Of a stretch of 64,000 nucleotides of DNA, positions 11,670 through 24,197 are shown in pieces (within the stretch, counting starts at the first letter, position 1; every line of letters starts with the position of its first letter). Position numbers and translations under genes: made by a program. A model generated the notes under the pieces. That model did not search any database. It was given only the letters and a program-made list of their open reading frames with translations, and was not told the origin of the DNA. The DNA comes from Chiloscyllium plagiosum (Eukaryota), in assembly GCF_004010195.1 (NCBI RefSeq), contig NC_057734.1, forward strand, positions 25,236,382-25,300,381. The letters are read 5' to 3'.

Positions 11670-11902
11670 TTGAAAAGTGTGGCATTGGAAAAGCACAGCA
11701 GGTCAGGCAGCATTTGAGGAGCAGGAGAATCAAGTTTCGGGCATAAGCCCTTCTTAAGGGATGTATTCCTGATGAAGGACATATGCCTGAAACATCGATT
11801 CTCCTACTCCTCGGATGCTGCCTGACCTGCTGTGCTTTTCCAGTGCCAAACGTTTCAACTTTTATTTTCAGCACCTGTAGTCCTCACTTTCTCCGAGTTG
11901 AG
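11670..11902. mobile_element. Palindromic Penelope-derived element with two opposed hammerhead-like motifs
   Basis: Arms at about 11671-11760 and 11765-11860 are reverse complements. Near-TSD ggaaaccacaag (11658-11669) / ggaaatcacaag (11903-11914). Confidence 0.82.
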
Positions 11903-12044
11903 GGAAATCACAAGCCAATCAAAAAAAGGTCCATCCCAACAGCAACTTGTGTTTGTATAATAATGTTAATCAATTGAAACATCTCAAAACAAGTAAATTA
12001 CCAGACAAAGTATGATATCAAGTCCCATAAATAGAAATAATGAT

Positions 12045-12386
12045 GGGCGGCATGGTGGCTAGCACTGCTACCTCACAGCGCCAGGGACCCGGGTTCGATT
12101 CCAGCCTTGGGGAACTGTCTGTGTGGAGTTTGCACATTCTCTCCGTGTCCGCATGTGTTTCCTCTGGGTACTCCAATTTCCTCCCACAATCCAAAAATGT
12201 GCAGGTTGGGTGAAACGGCCATGCTAAATTGCCCCATAGTGTTCAGGGATGTGTAGGTTAGGTGCATCAGACAAGGGTAGAGTAATAGGGGAATGAGTCT
12301 GGGTGGGACACTCCTTGGCAGGTCGGTGTGAACTGGTTGGCCCAAATGGTCTGTTTTCACACTGTAGGGATTCTATGATTCTATGA
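12045..12386 (+). mobile_element. HE1-type SINE
   Basis: gggcggcatggtggct...gggttcgattcc tRNA-like head, HE1 core, ttctatga tail. Confidence 0.9.
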
Positions 12387-12410
12387 CTTGATCAATGATC
12401 TATGACTTGT

Positions 12411-12725
12411 GGGCGGCACGGTGGCATAATGATTAGCACTGCTGCCTCACAGCACCTGAGACCCGGGTACAATTCCCGACTCAGGCGACTGATTGGAGTT
12501 TGCACGTTCTCCCCGTGTCTGCGTGGGTTTCCTCCGGGTGCTCCGGTTTCCTCCCACAGTCCAAAGATGTGCAGGTCAGGTGAATTGTCCATGCTAAATT
12601 ACCTGTAGTGTTAGGTAAGGGGTAAATGTAGGGGTATGGGTGGGTTGCGCTTCGGCGGGGCGGTGTGGACTTGTTGGGCCGAAGGGCCTGTTTCCACACT
12701 GTAAGTAATCTAATCTAATCTAATC
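12411..12725 (+). mobile_element. HE1-type SINE (younger subfamily, (taatc)n tail)
   Basis: gggcggcacggtggc head with CpGs retained. Very similar to 54630-54904. Confidence 0.92.
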
Positions 12726-13363
12726 AAAGAGACAGTCTTTAAGATCACATTTTTAAAAGGGTGAAGAAAAAGTGTTCCAGAGCCAAGACGTGGACAATTG
12801 AAGGCATAACTGTAAATGATGGGGAAGAAAACAAATCAAAAATATTACAGAAACAGTATGAAGTTAAAATTTTAGATACTGTATTGTATAAAATTGTTAT
12901 GCTTTGGAATTAACTTTTTAAGATAAAGTGGAGGCATGAAGGGAGTCATGTGATCTGTTCTAGAATACACCTGACAACAAACTTAGGTGGCTTTGTTGCT
13001 ATGAGGCCAAGTCAAAAGACTTATTGAGAAGGTGCAAATGTTTATTATGCTTGTAGGCAATGGTAACAGTATCTATGCTGACTGTTAGCTTGAGTCATGC
13101 AGGGTGATGTTAGAAGTGTCAGGTTTCACATACAGTTAAACTTTAAACTGTCCATTTAATTTTAAGCTACAATAATGTTGGGGTCCAGAAAATACTTAAA
13201 GACGTCGACATGAATACAAAATCCACGTGATTCATATATCCCAACTGAACACTGTGACTCTCTGTTGGAGAAGGAACAAATTAACAAAGTGACTATTACT
13301 GGATGTGTGCATCAATCAATAGAAAATTGGGTTGATGTTGACTGTAGTATTAGCTGAAACAAA

Positions 13364-13702
13364 AACAATCTGACTCCAAAGACCAACATATTTCCATGAG
13401 CTCTTTCAAATGCAAAGCCAATCCTTAGAAGAGTATAAAAGAAGTAGGAGTATACTTAAGAGGGAAATCAGGAGGGCAAAACGGGGATATGAGATAGCTT
13501 TGGCAAATAGAATTAAGGAGAATCCAAACGGAACAATCTGACTCCAAAGACCAACATATTTCCATGAGCTATTTCAAATGCAAAGCCAATCCTTAGAAGA
13601 GTATAAAAAAAGAAGTAGGAGTATACTTAAGAGGGAAATCAGGAGGGCAAAACGGGGACATGAGATAGCTTTGGCAAATAGAATTAAGGAGAATCCAAAT
13701 GG
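13364..13702 (+). repeat. Tandem duplication, period 168 bp, spanning the flank/LINE 5' junction
   Basis: aacaatctgactccaaagaccaac...gaatccaaa(c/t)gg occurs at 13364 and 13532, with a few substitutions and an A-run length difference. Confidence 0.92.
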
Positions 13703-15190
13703 TTTTTACAAATATATTAAGGACAAAAGGGTAACTAGGGAGAGAATAGGGCCCCTCAAAGACCAGCAAGGCGGCCTTTTGTTTAAGAAGGGTGGTAAAG
13801 ACAAGCCAGGGAACTACAGACCGGTGAGCCTGACCTCAGTGGTGGGCAAGTTGTTGGAGGGAATCCTGAGAAACAGGATGTACATGTATTTGGAAAGGCA
13901 AGGACTGATTTGGGATAGTCAACATGGCTTTGTGTGTGGGAAATCATGTCTCACAAACTTGATTGAGTTTTTTGAAGAAGTAACAAAGAAGATTGATGAG
14001 GGCAGAACAGTAGATGTGACCTATATGGACTTCAGTAATGCATTTCACAAGGTTCCCCGTGGGAGACTGATTAGCAAGGTTAAATCTCATGGAATACAGG
14101 GAGAACTAGCCATCTGGATACAGAACTGGCTCAAAGGTAGAAGACAGAGGGTGGTGGTGGAGGATTGTTTTTCAGACTGGAGGCCTGTGACCAGTGGAGT
14201 GCCACAAGGATTGGTGTCGGATCTTCTACTTTTTGACATTTACATAAATGATTTGGATGCGAGCATAAGGGGTACAGTGAGAAAGTTTGCAGAGGACACC
14301 AAAAGTATAGTGGACAGCGAAGAGGGTTACCTCAGATTACAACTGGATCTAGACCAGATGGGCCAATGGGCTGAGAAGTGGCAGATGGAGTTTAATTCAG
14401 ATAAATGCGAGGTGCTGCATTTTGGGAAAACAAATCTTAGCAGGACTTATACACTTAATGGTCCTAGAGAGTGTTGCTGAACAAAGAGACCTTGGAGTGC
14501 AGGTTCATAGCTCCTTGAAAGTGGAGTCACAGGTAGATAGGATAGTGAAGAAGGCGTTTGGTATGCTTTCCTTTATTGGACAGAGTATTGAGTACAGGAA
14601 TTGGGAGGTCATGCTGCGGCTGTACTGGACATTGGTTAAGCCACTGTTGGAATATTGCGTGCAATTCTGGTCTCCTTCTTATCGGAAAGATGTTATGAAA
14701 CTTGAAAGGGTTCAGAAAAGATTTATTAGGATGTTGCCAAGGTTGGAGGATTTGAGCTATAGGGAGAGGCTGAACAGGCTGGGGCTGTTTTCCCTGGAGC
14801 ATCGGAGGCTGAGGGGTCACCTTATAAAGGTTTACAAAATTATGAGGGGCATGGATAGGATAAATAGGGAAAGTCTTTTCCCTGGGGTCCGGGAGTCCAG
14901 AACTAGAGGGCATAGCTTTAGGGTGAGAGGGAAAATATATAAAAAAGACTTAAGGGGCAACTTTTTCACGCAGAGGGTGGCACGCGTATGGAATGAGCTG
15001 CCAAAGGAAGTGGTGGAGGCTGGTACAATTGCAACATTTAAGAGGCATTTGGATAGGTATACGAATAGGAAGGGTGTAGAGGGATATGGGCCGGGTGCTG
15101 GCAGGTGGGTTGGGATATCTGGTCGGCATGGACAGGTTGGACCGAAGGGTCTGTTTCCATGCCGTACATCCCTATGACTCTACGACTCTC
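13580..15190 (+). mobile_element. HER1/CR1-type LINE, 5'-truncated ORF2 (RT) with internal deletion and frameshift
   Basis: ORFs 13578..14480 and 14422..15177 give NYRPVSLTSVVGKLLE, QHGF...SCLTNLIEFFE, SGVPQG, KFAEDTK, WQMEFNSDKC and FFTQRV. The 3' tail is shared with the HE1 SINE. Confidence 0.95.
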
Positions 15191-15569
15191 AGAGTGAAAT
15201 CACATCTTGACATGGTACTAGGGGGCTCTTATGTTCTCCTTAATGTCAACTATTTAAAAATAAGGTTTTAAATAACAAGTCTAGATGTTGTTCTCAGCAG
15301 TGGACAGGTGTTGTCAACCATTTATTCATTTACAATTGTTGATGACACTGTATGGCTTTTGTAGAGGAATCTGTTGTTTCGAAAGTTATTTTGCTGCAGG
15401 GTCCTCTACAGAGGATCTCGAGTCTGCTTGAACAGGGAAAGAAATTGTGTACCTTCTTAGCCAATCACACTGAAGTATTGTTAATCAGACATGCAAAGTT
15501 AGAAAACTGCATTCAATGGCAAGTCATATACAGTAAGTTTCTTCCAAAAACTCATTGCTGAGATGTGTA

Positions 15570-15845
15570 TGTCACTGGCTTGTCCAGCATTTATTACCCA
15601 TCCCTAATTTTTAAGTTAAGTGTCAACCACATTGCTGTAGATGTCGAGTCACGGGTAGGCCAGACCAAGCAAGGACAGCAGTTTCCTCCCTGAAAGGACA
15701 TTAGTGAACCCGCTGGACTTTTCCAGCAATCATCAGACAACTAATTCCAGATATTTACTGAATTCAAATTCCACCATCTGCCATGGCAGGATTCGGACCC
15801 TGGTGCCCAGAACACTAACAGTGTCTCTGGATTAATCGTCAAGTA
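15570..15845 (-). mobile_element. Second SINE family copy
   Basis: Reverse complement is homologous to 2155-2510 (ccagcatttattaccc tail; ttcaaattccaccatctgccatgg). Confidence 0.65.
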
Positions 15846-18039
15846 AAATAAAGAGAGAGGCAGAGATGGGATTAAGAAATGGAGATAAAAAGAACCAAGA
15901 AAAATGTGATTTTAAAATTTTCCAGCAAAAGTTAGACTCTGAAGGAATAACACTTTATATTTATAAAACTGATTATTCAATGTTATTGAGGTTATTTGGC
16001 AGTAGTCCATGTCTTTTAACATTCATCTCTCAGTGAAATATCATTATAGCAAAGATTTTTGTGGAATAGAAAAACTTGGATAGCCACTTCCAAATTTCTA
16101 CCTTCACTTCTTCATACGTGGTCACTGGAATTTGTTATCCAATTTACATGTTTATTGCAGTAAACACAGACAAAGGATACATTTTAAAACATTATTAGTT
16201 GTGGTTTATGGCCATTTGAAAGTACTCTCTCGAGACTTGCTGTGATCAAAATTTTATAAATGCTTATTCATTTCTCTTCTCTCTTTTGACAATCTCAAAA
16301 ATAAATCTAATTTTTGTAATCGTATCCATGTGTATGGAATTAGAAATGCTGATTAATGCTCAATCATAAATCTAACTTCTTAAACAGCACATCAGAGAGT
16401 GGAATTGAAATACAGGCCTGTTTAAAATTTAGTTAACTCATTTTAATTGTCAATTGATACAAGGACTGTGTACAGCATTTGCATAATAAATATGTTGCAC
16501 TATAAATGCCTGTAATACAATAAATCCATGCTTTCTGACTTGTTCATACTCACTTACTCAATTCCTCAGACAAGAGGAGCTATCAATCATCACAAGATCT
16601 CACAAGCCAACCAATTTTTTTCCCCTTAAACTACATGTAAGTAAAAAGTGCAATCAAGAGATCTTAATTTCCAGAGGAAAAAGATTGATCATATATTACT
16701 ATAAATGCAAAGATGGACAAATTTTGACAGGGATTTCAGTTCCTTCTCATAGTTTGGTTGCTTTGATGTAATGGAAAGTTGAAGTTTTAACCATGTGTAT
16801 GCAAAACTACAATGTCCAGCATTCATCATGATGAAACACGTCTCATGAAAACTGCAGCAGAGAGTTAAGGTGCTCTGCTTTTCAGCTGACAAGCAGAATT
16901 TCAGAACAGTTTAACTCTGATTCTAGACTGCTTATTAACTGCTCATATAATGCAGTGAGATGGATTCTTAGACCAGAACTGTCATTCCGAGCTCTAATCT
17001 TGTCCCAGCAATTCAAAGGAATGGTCACCAGGTTCAAGTTGATTACCTGAGGCTGGGATCTACTCTTTAAAACACTCTGGCAGTTTGCGAAATAAATCAG
17101 ATGATGCATCTTACATGACTGAATCAATTCTGAATAAGCATGATCAAGAACTTCCTGTTCATCTTACACATGGAATTCTAAGTATTGCTCTCAGTTCACA
17201 ATTTATATTTATATAGATCCCAGAATTATATGCCTGGGAGTGAACTGATGCTTCCCCAACTAAGAATGTTCAAAGCAATGCTGATTTAACCCTTTATGTT
17301 GATCCAAACAACACACAAAAATACATTGAAAAGATTAGCACAGACAGAAGTCCTATTTTGCAAGATGTCATTGAACCAAAAGGATTTCTTAAGTATTTCT
17401 CTGCAATGTTGAATTTGGTAAATCGGGCATTGATTGAAACAAGTTTCTTTAAACAAAGCTTTTTAAGAAATTTACCAAAAATGGGCAAAACAGAAAGAAA
17501 AATACAGTATACACCCATTCAGCCGGCACTTTCATTGATAGGTACCAGCCTTCAACATTTCCTAGCTATTTACCTCTTTAGATAATAAAGTCTTTGTTTA
17601 ATTAGATCATCTTTCATCAATTTATAACGATTTATCCATATGAAAAGTCAGTGGTCACAATATGTTCACATGAAGTAGCCAGGCAAAAAGGGGTGCTGGT
17701 TGTAAAAGCAAATACATTGAGAAAACCTGTGAAGCTACTCAAAAAGATCAATAACAACAAACTCCTCAACAAGAGTCAGACTGGACTCAAAATGCTGTTT
17801 GTTTGCCAGTCCACAAGTGCTGCTCAAGATACTAGGTTTCTCCAGCATTCTCTGGTTGTAACAAAGTGATACCAGACATTAACATATAATGCAATAGGAA
17901 ACAAGATTACAGATACAGTAGCAGCTGGAACATCACGCTAAGAATGCAGATTTTAAATAGCAGGGAATATTAAGTCAGGAGAGAGATTGTTTCTTAGAAA
18001 AGGGGATAGATAAGTCATGCACAATAAGGGAAAGAGCCT

Positions 18040-19180
18040 CACGGTGAGTTATTCAGTTGGACTTGAAAAAGCAGGAAAGCTATAAAGCTATAAAGTTATA
18101 AATTGAAGGTAACAGTAAGAGACTGATGGGTGATAGACTATTCATGGTTATTGGGCTTAGGAAAAGAATGACAATTGTATATAAGGATTTCCTCATAATT
18201 CAAAGGCAGGGTGATGCAGACTAATGCTTTGATATACTTTTAGTTTGGTAAATGAAGGATGTTTTAGGATTCAGGTTAAACCTTGGGATGTGCTAAGAAT
18301 TGAGCTGAAAGGTAGAAAACAACAGAAGAGGTATGTTTGGGGAAGGGTGAAGTCTTGATGTGTCCCAGATGTATGTATTGGGGCCACACAATTTTGAATT
18401 TATATCAACGACTAATTCAAAACCTCACTGAAAAAGTTGGCTCAGATGTATGAATGCTGACAAACTAGAAATTGTGATTTGCACGAGACAATCACAAAAT
18501 TAATTAGAGAAAGGATGTAAATAGACAAAACAAAATTTAATGGAGACAATTGCACAGTACTGCACATAGGAAAGGAAGATTGGAGTGACTTTGAAACAGT
18601 TAAAAACAGAGTTAAAATACCTAGAAGTTGGTTAAAAACTACTTTTTAAAATCTGCACAACTCTCAGTAACCTCTGACTACAGGTTCCATGTGATTTCAC
18701 TGCTCAAATACACTCGGCCACTGCAAAGCATGACCAAAACATCAATAAACATGCTGGACTATTGTAACAAAATAGTTGAATAAAGAAACCAATAATTTTC
18801 AATCTACATACACTTCCAAGTGATGCGTCCGGTCTGATCAACAAGACACTGGCAGACACTATGCATGGGATGTAGCTCTGCAAAATGTTAAGAGGATGCC
18901 GATTCCTTATGTTAGAAGGGAAGGGAAGAGTGGAGAAACTTGCATCTTTTAAAATAGAACTGGGAGAAACCAGAGATAAGTAAAATACTAAAAAAAAAGG
19001 AGACTATGTTAAACTAAACCACGAATACTAAAAAGATGACACATATCCCCTGCTCGTAAAAGTCAAATTCAAGACTGTTAGGAAATTCAGCAGAAAATGA
19101 TCAATAATTGGAAAAGACCGTAAAAGGAGAGACCAAGCAGCAAAAATCCTGAAATTATTTTAACAATCAATTGGAAGCAA
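18040..19180 (+). mobile_element. Very old CR1-like LINE remnant
   Basis: Degenerate RT order (gacttgaaaaagc, gtcccagatgtatgtattggggcc, gctgacaaactag, cagtactgcacataggaa). Confidence 0.45.
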
Positions 19181-19689
19181 AAGTTATCTTGTCATCTGGT
19201 GCCCTTACAGGAAAGTACACTTTCTGAGTGAGGATAGATTCAAATCAGGTATGACTCCTGCCAGCAGCCTGAGCTTATACATGAAATATAACCTTTAATA
19301 AGGTGTCAGACAGCAACCGTAGTCTATTGGACCAAATCCCTGCAAGAGTAAGACTGCCAAAGAGCACCAAGGAATCTGGTTTGGTTTGAAACGCTGTGGG
19401 CTTGAGAAGTGTGCACCTTAGACAGTGGGTCACAGGACTGTGCACGCCATATTGTTTTGTACTCTTAAAAATTTCCAAGTCTTAAATCAAGAGTTGCCAT
19501 ACGACATACCCGATTTTAATACAAAAGATTTTAGGATGGCTGGTAGAAAGTGAATGGTGTAATTATAGAGATTACAGAACTGACAGCTCAACTGTACTAT
19601 TAGCTCACAACAGTCCAAAGATAGCACTGTTACATTGGTACTAGCAGTGTAACAGATCAAAAACAATAACAACAGAAGTAGTTATATAC

Positions 19690-20030
19690 ATATCTTTTCT
19701 CCTCCCCCCACCCCACCCCACACCCATGCCTCCAATAATTTCCTACGATTTGCATTATTGTTCTGATTTTATGTATACTTAATTAGACCCTTCCCACCCC
19801 GGATTCTTCCCTGCCACCAACCAGATTCATTCTGCACATTGACCAACCATGTCGTACCTGTCTTCACCAATTCCCGCTTCACTACCTTGCCCCGCCACCC
19901 CCTTTATCTGCAGCTCCCCCTACACCCACCTTGAGTCCTGAAGAAGGGTTATACCCGAAACGTCGACTTCTCTACCTCCTGATGCCGCCTGACTTGCTGT
20001 GTTCTTCCAGCCTCCTGTCTGTCTACTCAT
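19690..20030 (+). mobile_element. Penelope-like 3' end/pLTR of a distinct subfamily
   Basis: C-rich 3' region, then a hammerhead motif, then the gatgccgcctgacttgctgtgttcttccagc tail. Confidence 0.75.
19933..19969 (+). ncRNA. Minimal type I hammerhead ribozyme motif
   Basis: Stem I GAGUC/GACUU; core CUGAAGA(A); stem II GGGU-UAU-ACCC; GAAA; palindromic ACGU stem III; GUC cleavage triplet at 19962-19964. Confidence 0.75.
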
Positions 20031-20049
20031 TTGTGCATACAGCAGAGAC

Positions 20050-20850
20050 TATAGTTCAATAGGACTAGTAATGCAGAGGTCCATTTGTCCAGAATAATAC
20101 TCTGGGATCATGGTTTCAGATCCCACGGTGGCAGCTGGGAGAATTTAAAATCATTTAAATCTAGGACATAAAGTAGGTCGCAGCAATAGTGTTAATCCTG
20201 ACAACAATTGTGAACAGCTATTGTTAAAATCAACCTGGTGCACCACTTTGCTTTAGGGAAGGAAATCTATCCAGAAACTGAACAGGACTAACCATATAGC
20301 TGGTCAGAGCCTGGAAATCCTGAAGCAAATAATTCACCTCCATAGTTCCCAAAGCCTATAAGGCACAAGTCAGGAATGTAATGGAACATTTCCCACTTTT
20401 TTGCATGACTTTACCTCCAAACAACACTCAAGAAGCTTGATATCATCCAGGGCCAAGCAGCCCACTTGATGAGCACCACACCCACAAACGCTTATTACCT
20501 CCACCATTGATATCCACCAACAATTGCACACATCACTTGTGAGATGCACTGCAGAAATTCACCAAAGCTCCTCAGACAGCATTTTCCAAACCCACAACCA
20601 CTACCACCAAGATGAACAAGAGCTGCTGATAAACAGAAACACCACCTGCAATTTGTCCTCCAAGCCACTCACAATCCTGACATCACCACTCCTTCAGTGT
20701 CACAGCATTAACATCCTGGAACTCTCTCCCTGACAGTATTAAAGGGTGTAACTACAACAAAAGGGCTCCAGTGGTTCAAGAAGGCAGCTCTCTGCCACCC
20801 CTGAAGGCCAACAAGAAATAGGCTGCATCTGATGAATGAACAGAAACTAA
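20050..20850 (+). mobile_element. Second-family SINE fragment followed by the 3' end of the old LINE
   Basis: ggactagtaatgcagagg...gggaaggaaatct SINE body, then aaggcacaagtcaggaatgtaatggaa...cagtggttcaagaaggcagctc LINE 3' region. Confidence 0.6.
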
Positions 20851-21598
20851 ATATGCGACCTCGCTAAGTCATCATAGGAATGTGTGGGAAATGGTATCAC
20901 AACGTGGCACAATTAAAGGTTGCTTTACAGCATCTCCAGCTGAGGCACAGCAGAGTAAATTAAACCTCATTCCACATTCAACTGCATTATACTGGCCCAA
21001 GGAATGTTTGGTACTGACAATGGATGCCTGAAACAAATTGTCCCATTCTTAAACATAAACATGGTTTCAAAACAAAAATACATCTGAATTTAATTGCAAA
21101 CACTGCAATTCTTGAACCAGACAGAATATGTTCCTAAAATATGTATGAATAACATTAAAGGTAAATTTGTGTTTACAACATTATTCTATTGCTACTCAAA
21201 AGAAAATGCATGCAAAAGTCAAGGTATAACCACTGCCTAACCCCATCACACTCAAAGATGAACCCTCAAGACAAAAATGCAATGTATTTTCAACATGCTA
21301 TTTTCGTCCTAGATATTTGAAACTATATAATCCTACTGTTAAAATCCCAACATGAACACACTTGAAACAAATTGTCCAAATGGTTTATAAAGTACAGCAT
21401 TTTCCACATTTTAAAAAATACACAATTATGCTTTCTCACAGAATTATGGACATAATGAACTGGTCATTTGTAACAACATGTTCAAACAAATTAATGAAAA
21501 GTTAGCATTGCTGCAACCATAAAGATTTCAAATACCAACAATATTGAATAATGAAATGAATGTTTTCTTGAGTTTATGATCCCGTCATCTCTTCCTAC

Positions 21599-21685
21599 CT
21601 TCACTGCCTTCTTTGGCCATGTTACAATTGGGACCCCGGTGATAGCCAGCTTCTGATCATCATCAGCATGTTCCTCCAGTACTGT
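21599..21685 (-). CDS. KDM2B: KDM2B coding exon (last long-isoform-specific exon before the CxxC exon), 87 nt
   Basis: tgcag|ACA GTA CTG GAG GAA...GCA GTG AAG|gtagga = [29 protein letters not shown], compared with recalled human [29 protein letters not shown]. Phase 0 to 0. Confidence 0.96.
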
Positions 21686-21750
21686 CTGCATTCACAACAG
21701 GAAAAAAGAAACATTTTGTAAAAAAACTACACCAAAATTATTTTGTTATA

Positions 21751-21928
21751 CAGGGCAACCTCGATTATATGAGCAACACAGGTGGAGAGTATTTTGTTTG
21801 GATATTCGAGTGTTCAGAGAATCGAATGTTTGGAGAACACAGTTTACCCAAGCATCAGGACTTTTGAGATCTTGTTTGGATAATCCGAAGTTTGGATAAC
21901 CAATGTTCACTTAACCGAGGTTGTTCTG
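21751..21928. mobile_element. Tc1/mariner (Tigger/pogo-like) MITE
   Basis: TA|CAGGGCAACCTCGATTA ... TAACCGAGGTTGTTCTG|TA: imperfect terminal inverted repeats with TA duplication. Confidence 0.8.
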
Positions 21929-22198
21929 TACACCAGTGATAGTACCAAAAATAAACACTTTCTTTTTTACAACAGTTGTGCTGTTTCCATAACGGAGTTG
22001 CATTTAATCTGGCTTGTCTTGTTAAGGCAATTGATCCAATACTTAAGTAAAAGCGAAATAATACAGATCTGATAAATCTTAAATAAAAATCAGAGAAAGA
22101 AGAAACTCAATTTCAATTCCAAAGACTCTTCTTTGGAACCAAACTCTTTGTGTAAAAAAAAATTCTACTTTCTCCTTTTGCCTCATTCATCAAGCATT

Positions 22199-22303
22199 TT
22201 ATTTTCTACTGAAGTGGTCAGGTGAACAACCTGCTCCCAGCACTGGGAATTATTATTTTCCACTGAGGTGGTCAGGTGAACAACCTGCTCCCAGCACTGG
22301 GAA
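22199..22303. repeat. Tandem duplication, 54-bp period, 2 copies
   Basis: ttattttc(t/c)actga(a/g)gtggtcaggtgaacaacctgctcccagcactgggaa occurs twice. Confidence 0.92.
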
Positions 22304-24161
22304 CGTTATAAGATCATTATTAGACATGGATAATTATTATAAAATCTTAATCACTCAGTCATGCAGAAGTAGCAATTAGTTCCCCTCATGCACCATCCAA
22401 CTGTTACTTAATTAAGGGGAAATTCTGCCTAACTAACATCTTCGACATCTTTAGGAAAGTGATGACTTCAGCGAACTGTTGCAAACCCACGATCTAGTGT
22501 ACCTTAGTATCAAAGAAGCCTTTGACTAAGTTATTCTATACACAGAGTTTGAATAATTACATTTATATTTTCATTTCATTTGGTGGGTTTTTTGACATAG
22601 TATGTGTTTGTTGGCAAATTGGGTTACATGGGGCATCCTTAGATATCTTGGAGCTGCACTTAACATAACAGTTGTGGGCAGGACCGCTGCAGTTCCATTT
22701 ATTATGATTTTTACCATGCCATGTGCTGAGAGATATATGGAAGCTTGGAGCAGCTGCTGCAATGGCTCATACTTCACACCAAAGAACTAGAACCAGAGTG
22801 AAATCCTCAATCTGAATGCATGAGAAATGTATAACATGATCTAAATTCAGGTGCAATCTGCATTTTACGTAGAAGGAGACACCAGATAGACATAGACTGG
22901 ATTTAATCAAACAGGTCTGTATTGCATCGAGATTGCCATATTTGAACTGTACTCCAAAGTATACTTAAGCCCTAAATGCTCAAATCCTCTCCCAATTCTG
23001 ACTACTTTTCTTTCCCCTTACAAGTCTCTTCTTCAAAACTGCCTCTTTGAATAACCTTTTGTTCATCAGCTTCAATGTCAAACTTCGCTTTATAATGTTC
23101 CTATTAAGTACTTTGGGAGGTTTTATTACATTATGGATGCTGCATAAATGCAAGCTTTTGTTGTAATACATGTTTACAGGTGTTGTAACAAGCATGTAAG
23201 ATGGTTCAAGGAAAAGAAGAAAATTAACCAAAAGGTTACTTGAAATTCAAAACCATGAATTGACACACAGCATGCAGATTTAAAACTATGTTTAGGTCAG
23301 ATATCAGGGAACCCTCTCTCACAAAAAGCAATGAGAAATGAACATGCAAAGTAAAATCATTTAAGAAATAATTCAATACTAACATTGACTGTCAGGATCT
23401 TTCTGAATAAGCTTAATGGTAATGGTAGTTTTTCTTCCATTGTTTTTTCTATATAGCGAAATGTTATCATCCAAAATGCTAAGTATTGAAGTAACTAGTA
23501 TTTTCTCAATAAATGTTGAGATTTTTCCCTCTGAACCATTTTAAAAAATCTGATACTTAGGAAATATATTATAACAAGGAACCCAATTCATCTTTCCAAA
23601 TACAAAACAAGAAAAATATTGATTTACATATTTAAAGTATGTCTGGAATATCAGCCCATTTCCCCCTCCCTTCCAACATTCTACTAAATATAGCCATAAT
23701 TAGAGGTGGATTCCTATCCAATGGAAATGATAAAGTTAAGTGCATTATAAAACTCTCCAGGGAGACAGCCACATGCTTTTTTATGCACAGAATCAATTAA
23801 TGAGCAAAAGTGAGGTGACTCCAAAGCCTGTTTTATTTAATACATCAAAGAACACATTTCAATATCTATATATTTCACAAACTGCTCTTCCCCTTTTTAA
23901 CTGTTGCAGATCCAAATCGTTTGCACTATTTGAGCATAATATTACCCTCAAAATGAATCAGCAAAATGCTTTATTGTGTCTCATTCTTTCAGGCCTCTCT
24001 CCCATTCCCATACACCCACTGTAAAAAAAAGAGCAGGATCAACTATTGAACTTTGTTGCAATGGCTGCACTTACCAAGGGGGGAGTTTACGTGTTGTTTT
24101 GATACTAACATTTTGCACAGAGGTCAAGTTTATACCATCCTACACCATTCACTAATGGTGA

Positions 24162-24197
24162 AGTTGTTTCTGCAGTTGTTTCTGCAGTTGTTTCTGC
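24162..24197. repeat. 12-bp tandem repeat x3
   Basis: agttgtttctgc repeated three times. Confidence 0.9.

Noticed and set aside
12045-12120. tRNA genes suggested by A/B-box motifs
   Set aside because: These are the tRNA-derived heads of SINEs, continuing into SINE core and tail with no full cloverleaf.
13578-15177. Reverse transcriptase ORFs as a functional gene or novel RT system
   Set aside because: 5'-truncated CR1/HER1 copy with an internal deletion, a frameshift and a mutated catalytic motif (FAED in place of FADD).
22199-22303. CRISPR-like array
   Set aside because: Only two adjacent copies with no unique spacers, in vertebrate intron context.
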